A stretch of DNA of 39,084 nucleotides from an uncultured Desulfobacteraceae bacterium (GTDB taxonomy: Bacteria > Desulfobacterota > DSM-4660 > Desulfatiglandales > HGW-15): the NCBI GenBank assembly GCA_964497115.1, contig CAZCCX010000001.1, forward strand, positions 1 through 39,084, written 5' to 3'. Below are positions 1 to 9,050 of this stretch, piece by piece; position 1 is the stretch's first letter; every line of letters starts with the position of its first letter. The translations under genes and the position numbers were made by a program. The notes below the pieces were generated by a model that saw only the letters and a program-made list of their open reading frames with translations, was not told the origin of the DNA and searched no databases.

Positions 1-13
1 ACCTCGTATGTGC

Positions 14-115
14 CTGTCCGGAGACCCTTTCGTCCCGAAGATGGGGGGGCGGTAAAAGCAAAGGAGTCTTGTGGGTTTGAACTTGAAAAGAGACCCCTAG
101 CCCCCTGAATTTCAG
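14..115 (-). repeat. Structured intergenic repeat, family B, copy 1 (inverted relative to 37840-37945)
   Basis: The reverse complement shares four blocks with 37840-37945 in the same order: GAAATTCAGG, GGGC.AGGGGTCTCTTT, a perfect 15-mer AACCCACAAGACTCC, and GAA..GGGTCT. Hand alignment only. Confidence 0.6.
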
Positions 116-246
116 CATCGTTTTTGGACAGGAGTGATTTGATTTTTTAGAACGCGTCCTTCCTCCGCCCGTCAAGGACGGGAATCTTCGATTGGTCGGG
201 GTTCTTTATTCGATAATGAGTTCGAGTTCGAGTGGAGAGCTTAGGA

Positions 247-1098
247 ATGAGAAAGATTGCGGAGTATTTTAGGGTGAAATCTCTAATCATGACAGCCAAG
301 GATGGAAAAAAGGCCTCCAATAGTCCGGGGGAGATGAAATGGCATTCGATGCTGGGGCTATCCATCCTTTTTCATCTTGGCATTTTCTCTTTTTTCCTGT
401 TTGTTCCCGAGGCCGTGCCCATCAGACGGTTCAATAGTATCATCTATTCGGTTGATCTGGTAGAAATGCCCGCACAAAACGCCCTGGAACTGAGGCAAGC
501 GAAGACCGCAACGGAGGAAAAAAGCAAGACGGTGGTGAAAAGGGATGAGCAGGCCAAGCGCATTTCAAAGCTGAAAAAGGAGAAGAAACCACTTGTTGTC
601 GCTAAAAGGACGGTGCAAACCAAGAAGCCTTCCGTAAAGAAACCTGAAATCTCTCCTGCTGAGCGCATAGACAATGCCATTTCTAAGATCGAAAACGAGG
701 TTAAATCAAAGGAAGAATCCGAAAAAGAAGAAGAGGCCCGTCTTGAGAGGACCCTGGCCTCATTAGAAAGCCGGTTTGGGCGCTCTACCGGTCGAGATGG
801 CACAGGGCAGTCCATAGAAGGCATTCCCATGCAGATCTACAGAATGGAGGTGGAGAACAGGATCTACAGCAATTGGGCCTATCCCGAGAGAAAAGAGTTG
901 AAAGCCATGATTGTGCTCACGGTAAGAAGAGATGGGACCATTTTAGAGACCAAGATAAAGAGGCGTAGCGGGGACCCTCTATTTGACGAGTCGGCTTTAA
1001 AAGCGGTCAAAAGATCCGACCCTTTGCCCCCTTTCCCTGAAATCTACAAGAAGAGCTATGATGAAATCGAGATTATTTTCAATCCACAGAATCTGTAG
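247..1098 (+). CDS. tolA: TolA-like protein (TM anchor, Lys/Glu-rich linker, TonB/TolA C-terminal domain)
   Basis: ORF 232-1098. The ATG at 247 is preceded by GGAGAG. There is a TM helix (MLGLSILFHLGIFSFFLFVP), a charged K/E-rich linker and a C-terminal TonB_C-like segment (YSNWAYP...TVRRDGTILETKIKRRSGDPLFDESALKAVK). It lies directly upstream of tolB-pal-cpoB. The start is uncertain (GTG 232, ATG 247 or ATG 289). Confidence 0.7.
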   Translation: MRKIAEYFRVKSLIMTAKDGKKASNSPGEMKWHSMLGLSILFHLGIFSFFLFVPEAVPIRRFNSIIYSVDLVEMPAQNALELRQAKTATEEKSKTVVKRDEQAKRISKLKKEKKPLVVAKRTVQTKKPSVKKPEISPAERIDNAISKIENEVKSKEESEKEEEARLERTLASLESRFGRSTGRDGTGQSIEGIPMQIYRMEVENRIYSNWAYPERKELKAMIVLTVRRDGTILETKIKRRSGDPLFDESALKAVKRSDPLPPFPEIYKKSYDEIEIIFNPQNL

Positions 1099-1102
1099 AG
1101 CA

Positions 1103-2392
1103 ATGAAGGCAACCCTTTGGCTAGGACCTCTTCTGATGCTCCAATTTCTCTTGCCTTTACAGGCATGGTGCCAGATTTCTATTGAAATCGATAGGTTCTC
1201 GACGAAGAAGTTCAATATTGCGATTCCGGATTTTACAAATCTTACCATCGATAAGACGTATCCGGAACTGTCTACGGCCTTGCCCGAAGTCGTATCCCAT
1301 GATCTGGATTTGAGCGGCTATTTTACCCCCATGGATAAAGCGGCCTTTTTGGAGACGGGAGACCGTACCCTGTCCCGTGATAACAGGAACTGGTCTGCCA
1401 TCGGTGCGGATTTTCTCCTCACGGCAAGATACACCGTTATCGGCCGCAACCTTGAAGTGGAGGCAAGGCTGTATGATGTCTTCTCGGGCCGTCAAATCAT
1501 TGGTCGCCGGTTCTTGGGAAAGGCGGAAACATACAGGGCTTTGATGCACAGGATTGGGAATGAGATCATCTACAAGTTGACTGGCCGCAAAGGGATGTTT
1601 CTTACCAAGCTTGCCTTTGTGAGTACTTCCACAGGGCATAAGGAAGTCTACATATCTGATTATGACGGATGCAATGTGGAACAGGTGACCTTTGATGAGA
1701 GTATTGCCCTTTTTCCAAGATGGTCGCCGTTGGGAGACAGGATTGTCTTTTACTCCTATAAGAATGGAGACCCAATGCTGTACATTACAAATCACACCTC
1801 AGGAAAGGTCCGGACGCTCTTGGACAGAAAGGGTTTGTATAGTGGAGCCTCCTGGACTCCTGATGGGAGGAAGCTGGCATTCACTCTGAGCCGGGAGGGT
1901 AACTCCGATATCTTTACCATTGACTTGACCCAAGAAACCGTCGGCAGAGTCACCAACCGCGGAGGCATAAACACCTCTGCCACCTTTTCACCGGATGGCA
2001 AGAAGATTGCGTTTGTCTCCAACAGGTCAGGGTCTCCTCAGATCTATGCGCGAACTCTAGAGTCCGGCAGGGAGGAGAGGCTCACGTTTCAGGGAACATA
2101 CAACCAATCTCCAAGCTGGTCCAGTTTGGATCGAATCGCGTTCTCAAGCTATGAGAAGGGGCGTTACAATATCTACACAATTGATTCAAACGGGCGGAAT
2201 CTGAAAAAGCTGACCGAAGATCAGGGAGATAGTGAGGATCCCTGTTGGTCTCCTGACGGAAGGTATATTGTGTTCAGCTCAAACAGGAGAGGCGAATACC
2301 ATTTGTATATCATGAACGCCAATGGGCAGAATCAGAGAAGAATCACTTTTTTGAAAGGGGCACAGACCGCCCCATCGTGGGTGGCGTATTGA
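1103..2392 (+). CDS. tolB: TolB periplasmic beta-propeller protein
   Basis: ORF 1058-2392. The ATG at 1103 gives the signal peptide MKATLWLGPLLMLQFLLPLQA. Propeller-blade motifs recur (WSPLGDRIVF, WTPDGRKLAF, FSPDGKKIAF, WSPDGRYIVF). The gene sits between tolA and pal. Confidence 0.9.
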   Translation: MKATLWLGPLLMLQFLLPLQAWCQISIEIDRFSTKKFNIAIPDFTNLTIDKTYPELSTALPEVVSHDLDLSGYFTPMDKAAFLETGDRTLSRDNRNWSAIGADFLLTARYTVIGRNLEVEARLYDVFSGRQIIGRRFLGKAETYRALMHRIGNEIIYKLTGRKGMFLTKLAFVSTSTGHKEVYISDYDGCNVEQVTFDESIALFPRWSPLGDRIVFYSYKNGDPMLYITNHTSGKVRTLLDRKGLYSGASWTPDGRKLAFTLSREGNSDIFTIDLTQETVGRVTNRGGINTSATFSPDGKKIAFVSNRSGSPQIYARTLESGREERLTFQGTYNQSPSWSSLDRIAFSSYEKGRYNIYTIDSNGRNLKKLTEDQGDSEDPCWSPDGRYIVFSSNRRGEYHLYIMNANGQNQRRITFLKGAQTAPSWVAY

Positions 2393-2517
2393 GTCGTGTA
2401 TGGCGGGAGGGATCGTCCTACTCGGATACGGGTGATGACGTCTCGTGCAGATAGTGCGAAGAGGACCTTTTGCGATGCTGCTATAAATTGAGGCAAAATC
2501 TTTTTGGTATTAAAGTG

Positions 2518-2546
2518 TTGACATAGAATGCGTAATGTCTTGAAAT
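2518..2546 (+). promoter_or_regulatory. Possible sigma70-type promoter for pal
   Basis: TTGACA at 2518-2523, a 17-nt spacer, then TGAAAT at 2541-2546, about 100 nt upstream of the pal ATG. The -10 is weak (4 of 6). Confidence 0.3.
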
Positions 2547-2644
2547 CGAGATAAGAAGATGATAAGCTTGTCGCGAAAATGCTCATCAGCAAACCCTATG
2601 GTTATTGGACGTAATATTTAATTTGATCAGGAGGTAAAAAGGGT

Positions 2645-3220
2645 ATGAATAAGAAAACAATGACGGTTTTGATTGCATTGGCTATTGCGTGCTCAGCACT
2701 TTTTCTGATGACATCGTGTGCTACCCAAAAGGAGGCTACTGTGGAAGAGGTCACTCCACCTCCCGCGGGTCCTTCTGAGGCGGAGATACAGGCCGCTCGT
2801 GAAGCCGAAGAAAAAGCTGCACAAGAGCGCATGGAACAGGAGGAAAGGCGGAAAGAAGAGGCATTGGTCCGGCAAGAGATGCAGGATTTTGAATCGGATC
2901 ATATATACTTTGACTTTGATAAATCGGAATTAACGGCCGAGGCCAGGGCTGTTTTGGTGAGAAAGGCAGAGTATCTGAAGAACAATCCGGAATACGCCGT
3001 GCGGATAGAAGGGAACTGTGATGAGAGGGGCACCAGTGAGTATAACCTGGCCCTGGGTGAGAGAAGAGCCCATGCTGCCCTGAATTTCCTTGCCACCCTG
3101 GGTGTGTCGGAGAATCGGATGTCCACCATAAGCTATGGTGAGGAGAAGCCCCTCGATTCCGGAAGTAGCGAGGATGCCTGGGCCAAGAACAGGAACGATC
3201 AATTCAACCTTGTGAAGTAG
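2645..3220 (+). CDS. pal: Peptidoglycan-associated lipoprotein Pal (OmpA-like C-terminal domain)
   Basis: AGGAGG RBS. Signal peptide with a lipobox-like LMTSC. OmpA_C motifs are present (IYFDFDKSELT, IEGNCDERGTSEYNLALGERRA, ISYGEEKP). Tol-Pal context. Confidence 0.9.
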   Translation: MNKKTMTVLIALAIACSALFLMTSCATQKEATVEEVTPPPAGPSEAEIQAAREAEEKAAQERMEQEERRKEEALVRQEMQDFESDHIYFDFDKSELTAEARAVLVRKAEYLKNNPEYAVRIEGNCDERGTSEYNLALGERRAHAALNFLATLGVSENRMSTISYGEEKPLDSGSSEDAWAKNRNDQFNLVK

Positions 3221-3255
3221 TCTCTAATCATCGACGATACAGACCATGCATGTTT

Positions 3256-3288
3256 GGGGGAATGGGAGGGGCGCGCCCATTTTCCCCC
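3256..3288 (+). other. GC-rich hairpin downstream of pal
   Basis: GGGGGAATGGG (3256-3266) pairs with CCCATTTTCCCCC (3276-3288) with a 2-nt bulge. No clear U-tract follows, so a terminator role is uncertain. Confidence 0.25.
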
Positions 3289-3441
3289 GCGCATCTTTGC
3301 CTGCGTGGCCCTGATAGCCCTGACAAATAGAGAGGAGAGTTTCTGCAACGTCTCTGTTTGAGTGGACATGACAGTCCAGGTGAGCCGAGTTCAAAGATTG
3401 TCACTCTATGGGTCATAGAGGGACGACGTCTAAGGAACAGC

Positions 3442-4299
3442 ATGAAGACTATGCAACACACAATCCATATCTCCGGGTCAACGATATTCATCTTCCTTCT
3501 CGTCTTCTGCCTGGGCTCCTGTGCCTATGATCAACAGTTGACCTATCTGAATGATCAAATTGCTGCCCTTGAGGGACGTATCAACACCCTTCAGGAATCC
3601 ATAAATGGTGAGTTGAATACAATTCAGGACAAAGAGGCTGAAAGCGCGACCAAGATAGATCAACTGGAGCGAGATACAATGAGGCTGTCTGAGGAGGTGG
3701 AGGACAATGGAGTCGTCATCAGCGGCATTGTGGAAAGGGATCTGAACGAGATGCTCTTCAGTTTGGAAGCCCTTGCGCAAAAGGTGGCGGATCTGGAGTC
3801 AGGGATCAGGCGGCAATATGACCAACCTGGACAGGGGGTTCCTGCTGCCGAAGAGGATTGGGCGGAGGTCGGGAGCCCGATTGGAGGAGAGGAAACCGGG
3901 ACGGAAAGCTCTGATGAGTCAATATCAACGGAGCGGGTCTTGTACAATGCCTCCAAAGAGTCCTTTGATCAAGGAAGATTTGAGGAGGCCATGGAAGGGT
4001 TCAAGACATTTCTGGACAGATATCCGAAATCCGAACTCGCTGACAACGCGCAGTATTGGGTCGGGGAGTGTTACATGGCCTTAAAGAAGTATGATCAGGC
4101 TATCGCGGCCTACGAAGAAGTGAAAAAGAGATATCCGGAAGGGAACAAAGTCCCCGATGCGATGTTAAAACAGGCCATGGCCTTTTTGGAGAAAGAGGAT
4201 GAGACCAGTACCCGGATTTTGTTGAAAAGAATTATCAGTGCGTTTCCCGAGTCCGATCAGGCCAAAGTGGCCGAACAAAGACTCGAGACTCTGAAATAG
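3442..4299 (+). CDS. cpoB: CpoB/YbgF-type Tol-Pal accessory protein (coiled coil + TPR)
   Basis: ORF 3358-4299. The ATG at 3442 gives a signal/lipobox (FLLVFCLGSC). An N-terminal coiled coil is followed by a C-terminal YbgF-like TPR region (AQYWVGECYMALKKYDQAIAAYEEVKKRYPEGNKVPDAMLK). It is the last gene of the tol-pal cluster. Confidence 0.8.
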   Translation: MKTMQHTIHISGSTIFIFLLVFCLGSCAYDQQLTYLNDQIAALEGRINTLQESINGELNTIQDKEAESATKIDQLERDTMRLSEEVEDNGVVISGIVERDLNEMLFSLEALAQKVADLESGIRRQYDQPGQGVPAAEEDWAEVGSPIGGEETGTESSDESISTERVLYNASKESFDQGRFEEAMEGFKTFLDRYPKSELADNAQYWVGECYMALKKYDQAIAAYEEVKKRYPEGNKVPDAMLKQAMAFLEKEDETSTRILLKRIISAFPESDQAKVAEQRLETLK

Positions 4300-4450
4300 T
4301 CTTCTTGCCCCCCCCCCCTTATGTAGAACAAGAAAATCTGCTCATCTGATAAGAAATCCATCCTAGATGTACCAGCCAAACATACTTGAAATCCCCTTCA
4401 ACTTTGAATCGACATTGATCATTGTCTTGGCGCCTCGGGTAACCTAGTAT

Positions 4451-4508
4451 TTCCCGCTTCCGCTCCGCTTCAGACGGGATATTCGCTTCGCTCCAACAGG
4501 GCCTCAAC
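4451..4508 (+). repeat. Intergenic repeat family A, short copy
   Basis: ACGGGATATTCGCTTCGCTCCAACAGGGCC resembles GCGGGATTTCCGCTTCGCTACAACAAGCTTGCAGGG at 32128-32163, in the same orientation. Compared by eye. Confidence 0.4.
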
Positions 4509-4538
4509 ACTCAAACGCCATCCCCAACCGGAATGGTC

Positions 4539-5159
4539 CTACGGCTCACAATGTTTGCAGGGGCTGAACCCTTCCTGGAAGGCTTCCCGACGCTTTTCGA
4601 AAATGAGGAGATTATGGGGCTGTATCTGTTCACCAAATACACACTCCGGTCGATGAAAGCGATATGACTCACGACTTCCCAGGTAGCGTCTTCCCGATTC
4701 TGCCGCCTCACGGCTCCAAATGCCCAGTCCTTCCTTCATGGCCGATCGTTGGGCATTTAGCAAAAGGGTGAAGTATTTGAGATTAGGTTTTCTAGCCATG
4801 ACCCATGCAAGCCCTTGTTTGACCATGACGGCATTGATCATGTCACCGTTTTCCAGAAAAACATAGGCGAGAAGCCTGTCGTAAGCGTCCCTTTCTTCCT
4901 CATCAAGCTCCAATCTTACCTTTTTGTGGGTAACTAGATAAGAGTTGTAGTCTCTGGAAGCCATGGACATGAATTCGTCCTTTTCCCCTTTACGGCCGAT
5001 CTCCGGGGCGTCAATCCCCAAGTATCTCACTTTTTCCCCCGAATTTAGGAGGATGGTATCTCCGTCATAGACGGACGCGACCTGCTCATAGGTAACAGGG
5101 GCAAATGAGAAGATAAGAGTGACCAGAAGAAGCAACATAAGGGGATGCTTACGATTCAT
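4539..5159 (-). CDS. Secreted thermonuclease (SNase-like) with C-terminal Ada-type zinc-binding-like motif
   Basis: Signal peptide MNRKHPLMLLLLVTLIFSFA. SNase core motifs are present (VYDGDTILL, VRYLGIDAPE, YDRLLAYVF). The C-terminus FHRPECVFGEQI...FEKRREAFQEGFSPCKHCEP matches the Ada_Zn_binding pattern (FH..C...F.s..eA...G..PCk.C.P). Confidence 0.8.
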   Translation of the reverse strand: MNRKHPLMLLLLVTLIFSFAPVTYEQVASVYDGDTILLNSGEKVRYLGIDAPEIGRKGEKDEFMSMASRDYNSYLVTHKKVRLELDEEERDAYDRLLAYVFLENGDMINAVMVKQGLAWVMARKPNLKYFTLLLNAQRSAMKEGLGIWSREAAESGRRYLGSRESYRFHRPECVFGEQIQPHNLLIFEKRREAFQEGFSPCKHCEP

Positions 5160-5264
5160 AACTTATAGTTATCCTTAATTATTCAGAATAGAGATTCAAT
5201 CAGATCTAATATAGACTAATTACATAAAGATAAGGTATTTTTCTTTACTATGAGCAGTTTTTTA

Positions 5265-5293
5265 TTGACTTTATACGTTTTAAGTGCTATATA
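5265..5293 (+). promoter_or_regulatory. Sigma70-type promoter for the small HTH gene
   Basis: TTGACT (5265-5270), a 17-nt spacer, then TATATA (5288-5293), inside an AT-rich stretch about 60 nt upstream of the ATG at 5356. Confidence 0.45.
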
Positions 5294-5355
5294 TAAGTAT
5301 AAAAATCCTAGCAATGACCAGATTGATATAACAGAATGAGATTGAGGAGTATAAC

Positions 5356-5526
5356 ATGCCACAAATAATGACAACAAAGGAACTAGCCAAATATTTGAAG
5401 TTGCATGAGATTACCATCTGCAAGTATGCTGCCGAGGGCAAAATACCGGCCATCCGTATCGGTAGAGTGTGGAGATTCGACAAAGAAGCCATCGATAAAT
5501 GGATCAGTGGCGGCCAAAAGAAGTAA
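5356..5526 (+). CDS. Small excisionase/MerR-type helix-turn-helix DNA-binding protein (56 aa)
   Basis: Absent from the ORF track because it is under 60 aa. GAGGAG RBS lies 6 nt upstream. Translation: MPQIMTTKELAKYLKLHEITICKYAAEGKIPAIRIGRVWRFDKEAIDKWISGGQKK. This is the typical pattern of Xis-family HTH (HTH_17-like) domains (T.kEla.yL......i.......g.iPa.riGr.wrF....id.Wi). Confidence 0.7.
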   Translation: MPQIMTTKELAKYLKLHEITICKYAAEGKIPAIRIGRVWRFDKEAIDKWISGGQKK

Positions 5527-5592
5527 AACAGAGATGACGGGCGCAGGCACAGCCCAAAAGACCGTGTTGACCGCATGATATATGAAGCACCG

Positions 5593-6768
5593 TTAAGGAT
5601 AAAGGAGGAACGACTCACGCCACTGGAGAAAATTCTTGAGCTCTTCGTCCCAGCCTTTCTTGATTTTGGTGAGACTTTCACCCTTTTCGATTTTTCTTCT
5701 AAGAGCTGAATCCCCCAGAATTATATCAATCGGCATATTCTCGTACTCATACTCATATGGGGGGGGCTTCCATGTGAATTGCTCCCCATGGATATCTGTG
5801 ATCGCTCTCAGGATATCAATGGTAGAGAAATAGGGATGATAGGCGTGGGGATCAAGGACATGAATCATGAATCCCCGGCAGATCTCTCCTCCCCATTTGT
5901 GAAATGTGGGACAAAAGAAGATCTCCTGCAAGTAACTTCCTGCCGTCGCCTCAGGGCTTAAGTGCCGCTTAATCGCGGCTGTATCGAGAAAGGGCGCGCC
6001 AAAGATCTCAAAAGGCCTGCATGTTCCCCTCCCTTCAGACAGGTTTGTGCCTTCCCAGATGACCTGGCCGGGATAGACCTGGGTTGTTTCGGGCAGCGGC
6101 ATATTCGGCGAAGGCATCATCCATTTTAGGCCGGTATCCTGCCAAATCATGCTTCGAATCCACCCCTTCATGGGCACAATTTCCAAGTCTGCGCCAATGT
6201 GAAAAACCTCGTTGAAGATATGAGCCATCTCCCCCATGGTCAAACCATGGCGCATAGGGAGGGTGAAAGGTCCGACAAAAGAGAGAAACTCTTGTTTCAG
6301 AAGATTGCCCTCCACTTCTTCACCCCCCAAGGGATTGGGTCGGTCCAGAATAACCACCTTTTTGTCACTCTCGGCCGCCGCCTTGAGACAGTTGAGCATG
6401 GTTGAGGCAAAGGTATAGACCCTTGTTCCCACATCCTGCAAATCGATGATCAAGGTGTCAATCAGGTCAAGCATATCCTGGGAAGGTTCCCTGGTTTCGG
6501 AGTACAGACTAAACAAGGGGATGGTCAATGCCTCATCAAAGGAGTGGTCGGTTTCAATCATATTCTCCTGATCCACTCCCCAATATCCATGCTGGGGACC
6601 GAAGAGGGCCTTGAGCTGACCGGGTAATACATGGGAGATCGTCTTTTTGGCCGATTCCAGCCGGCTGTTCAGGGAGGCCTGATTGGAAAGGAGCCCCAGT
6701 CTCTGTCCTTTCAGTTTCATGAAGTAGTCTGCCTGGAAGACATCCAGTCCTGTCGCGACTCTGTTCAT
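5593..6768 (-). CDS. DUF1343 family protein (NamZ-like exo-beta-N-acetylmuramidase family)
   Basis: 391-aa ORF with DUF1343 hallmarks (GLLSNQASL, LFGPQHG, DLQDVGTRVYT, LDRPNP). The family assignment is from motif memory and was not searched. Confidence 0.8.
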   Translation of the reverse strand: MNRVATGLDVFQADYFMKLKGQRLGLLSNQASLNSRLESAKKTISHVLPGQLKALFGPQHGYWGVDQENMIETDHSFDEALTIPLFSLYSETREPSQDMLDLIDTLIIDLQDVGTRVYTFASTMLNCLKAAAESDKKVVILDRPNPLGGEEVEGNLLKQEFLSFVGPFTLPMRHGLTMGEMAHIFNEVFHIGADLEIVPMKGWIRSMIWQDTGLKWMMPSPNMPLPETTQVYPGQVIWEGTNLSEGRGTCRPFEIFGAPFLDTAAIKRHLSPEATAGSYLQEIFFCPTFHKWGGEICRGFMIHVLDPHAYHPYFSTIDILRAITDIHGEQFTWKPPPYEYEYENMPIDIILGDSALRRKIEKGESLTKIKKGWDEELKNFLQWRESFLLYP

Positions 6769-7088
6769 AGAAATCTCTCTCCTTGTGAAAAAAAGGGAAC
6801 AGCTTATACCATCCCGTTGTTCGAAACAAGAATTGCATCATAGCAAGAAAACCCTTTTTGCGTCAAAGGCTTCACGGAAGAAACAGGGGTTGAAAAGACC
6901 AGCCTCTCGCTCTGTAGAGAGAGTCTCGCTCCGTAATTTCTCATGGACAGGCAGGGCTTATCATGTTAGTTTACAGAACAAGAAAAACCCCCGAAAGCCT
7001 TTACGGGAAGAAATCCCCTCTTTTGAGATTTCATTACGCCCAAAGGGGGATTAAGCAACGATATGATGCATTTGGGAGGTAAAGCTCA

Positions 7089-8981
7089 ATGTTATTGAGT
7101 CTGATGAGAAAGCATGCCAAATCCTGGCTGATCAAGGTCATGATCGGGTTAATCAGTATCGTCTTCGTCCTTTACTTTGGCTACTCTTTTAGAGAGCGGA
7201 AGGGCGTGAAGGTGGCTTCAGTGAATGGAGAGCCCATCAGCCGGTTAGAATATGAGGAGACCAAAAGGCGTCTTCGTGAAAACCTTCAAGAGCAATATAG
7301 GGATGTCTGGAGTGAAGACCTGATGAAGATGTTTGATATCGATAATATGGCATTGGACAGCCTGATCAATCAAAGACTGATCAACCAAGAGGCCAAGAAG
7401 ATTGGACTGGATATTACTGAAAAAGAGATACAGGAGGAAATCCTCGCTTATCCCTATTTTCAGTCCAACGGTCATTTCGATGAGAGGCGATACAACTCTC
7501 TCCTGAGTCAGAATCGAATGACCCCCGAGGATTTTGAGGCCGGCATCGCGCAGCAATTACTTGAGAGAAAATTGACACAATTTCTCACGACCTTTTCATC
7601 GGTCACTGATCAAGAACTCCTGGATGACTACACATTTGACAACGAGAGAATAATGATCAGCTATGTTCAGTTTCTGCCCAAAGACTTTGAAGGCTCGGTG
7701 GAGTATGAACCAAAGGCCCTGGAGGACTACTTTGCTGAACACAAGGAAGAGTACCGTATGCCGGAGAAGATTCAAATCGTCTATATCACCATTGACCCGA
7801 ATGATTTTGCGGGCGAGGTTGTGATCAGTGACGAGGAAGTAGAATCTTATTATGAGGAAAACATAGACGTTTATCAACAAGAACGGCAGGTTAAGGCCAG
7901 GCATATCTTATTCAAGTTTGATGCAGAGACTCCTGAAGAAGAGGAAGAAAAGGTGAGAGAAAGGGCCCTGTCTGTTCTCGAAAAGGCCCGGGCAGGCGAA
8001 GATTTCGCGGACCTGGCAAAGGAGTACTCTGAAGGTCCGACCAATGAGCAGGGTGGAGACCTTGGCTATTTTTCATCAGGTCAAATGGTCAAACCGTTTG
8101 ATGATGCTGCTTTCGGGATGGAAAAGGGGGAGATAAGCGACCTGGTGAAGACACAATTCGGATATCATATTATTAAGGTTGAGGACATTAAGGATGCTGG
8201 AACCAAAAGCCTTGCCGAGGTTCAGGAGGAGATCAGGAATAGACTGCTCCAAATCACGATTGGGGACTCAGCCCATGAAAAAGCCCTATCCCTGATTGAC
8301 CAAATGCCTTACGAGGGGGTTGTTCTCACTCAATATGCCGAAACACATCAAGTCCCCGTAAAACAGAGTGATTTTTTTACTTCTAATGAAACCATCCCGG
8401 GGATAGGGGATGATCCGGGAATCAAAAACAACATCTTCTCTCTTGAGAAAGATGATATCAGTGAACTTTTGGAATTCAATGACAAATACTATATTGTTCA
8501 GGTGATTGACAAGAAAGCCTCCTACTTGCCTGAACTGAAGGACGTGGAAGAGGAAGTGACCAAGAATTTCGCATCCTATCTTGCGACCCGTGAGGCCCGA
8601 GCTGCTGCGGAGAAGTATTTAGAGGAATTAAAGGGGGGTGAGAGCTGGGAGGAGTTCGCCACAGAGCACAATCTTTCACCTCAGAAGAGCGATTTTTTTA
8701 CCCGCAATGATTCCGCGGCCCAAGCCGCATACGGCCCGGATTTTAGAGAAACGGCTTTCGGCCTTGGTGAGGATAGACGATACCCCGACAAGGCCTTTGA
8801 GAACAACAGAGGCATCTTTGTGATTCGTTGGGAGGGGCGAGACGGGATTGATAGGGAGAAATACAAACAAGAGAAGGAAGATGCCCGCGCGTCACTCATG
8901 CAGGAAAAGCAACGGACCGTCTTTGGAGACTGGCTGGAGAGTTTGAAAAACCGGGCAAAGGTCGAAAGACTCAGCCTGTAA
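7089..8981 (+). CDS. ppiD: Periplasmic chaperone / peptidyl-prolyl isomerase PpiD-like (membrane anchor, SurA_N-like domain, parvulin domain)
   Basis: GGGAGG RBS. N-terminal [22 protein letters not shown] anchor. Parvulin rotamase block (ARHILFK...[21 protein letters not shown]...[15 protein letters not shown]). Confidence 0.85.
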   Translation: MLLSLMRKHAKSWLIKVMIGLISIVFVLYFGYSFRERKGVKVASVNGEPISRLEYEETKRRLRENLQEQYRDVWSEDLMKMFDIDNMALDSLINQRLINQEAKKIGLDITEKEIQEEILAYPYFQSNGHFDERRYNSLLSQNRMTPEDFEAGIAQQLLERKLTQFLTTFSSVTDQELLDDYTFDNERIMISYVQFLPKDFEGSVEYEPKALEDYFAEHKEEYRMPEKIQIVYITIDPNDFAGEVVISDEEVESYYEENIDVYQQERQVKARHILFKFDAETPEEEEEKVRERALSVLEKARAGEDFADLAKEYSEGPTNEQGGDLGYFSSGQMVKPFDDAAFGMEKGEISDLVKTQFGYHIIKVEDIKDAGTKSLAEVQEEIRNRLLQITIGDSAHEKALSLIDQMPYEGVVLTQYAETHQVPVKQSDFFTSNETIPGIGDDPGIKNNIFSLEKDDISELLEFNDKYYIVQVIDKKASYLPELKDVEEEVTKNFASYLATREARAAAEKYLEELKGGESWEEFATEHNLSPQKSDFFTRNDSAAQAAYGPDFRETAFGLGEDRRYPDKAFENNRGIFVIRWEGRDGIDREKYKQEKEDARASLMQEKQRTVFGDWLESLKNRAKVERLSL

Positions 8982-9050
8982 GATGAAAAAGGTTGTGGAG
9001 CACAATATCCCATCATGAGCGGTTGAATTCCGTAAGCGGGGTGCCACCAT

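Noticed and set aside
1-231. Expected tolR/tolQ coding sequence upstream of tolA
   Set aside because: No frame gives an ExbD/TolR-like C-terminus. The segment is occupied by repeat family B. The tolQR genes may lie further upstream, outside the window.
5160-5526. The excisionase-like HTH gene considered as a marker of a prophage or integrative element
   Set aside because: There is no integrase, no tRNA and no flanking direct repeats. The neighbours are ordinary chromosomal genes.
6895-6935. CTCTCGCTCTGTAGAGAGAGTCTCGCTCCGTAATTTC considered as another family A repeat copy
   Set aside because: It shares only short TCGCT-type strings with family A, and the order of elements does not match. It may just be a local hairpin.
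6785-7054. 89-aa highly basic ORF in the DUF1343/ppiD divergent spacer
   Set aside because: No RBS and low-complexity Lys/Arg/Ser composition. This is more likely promoter DNA.
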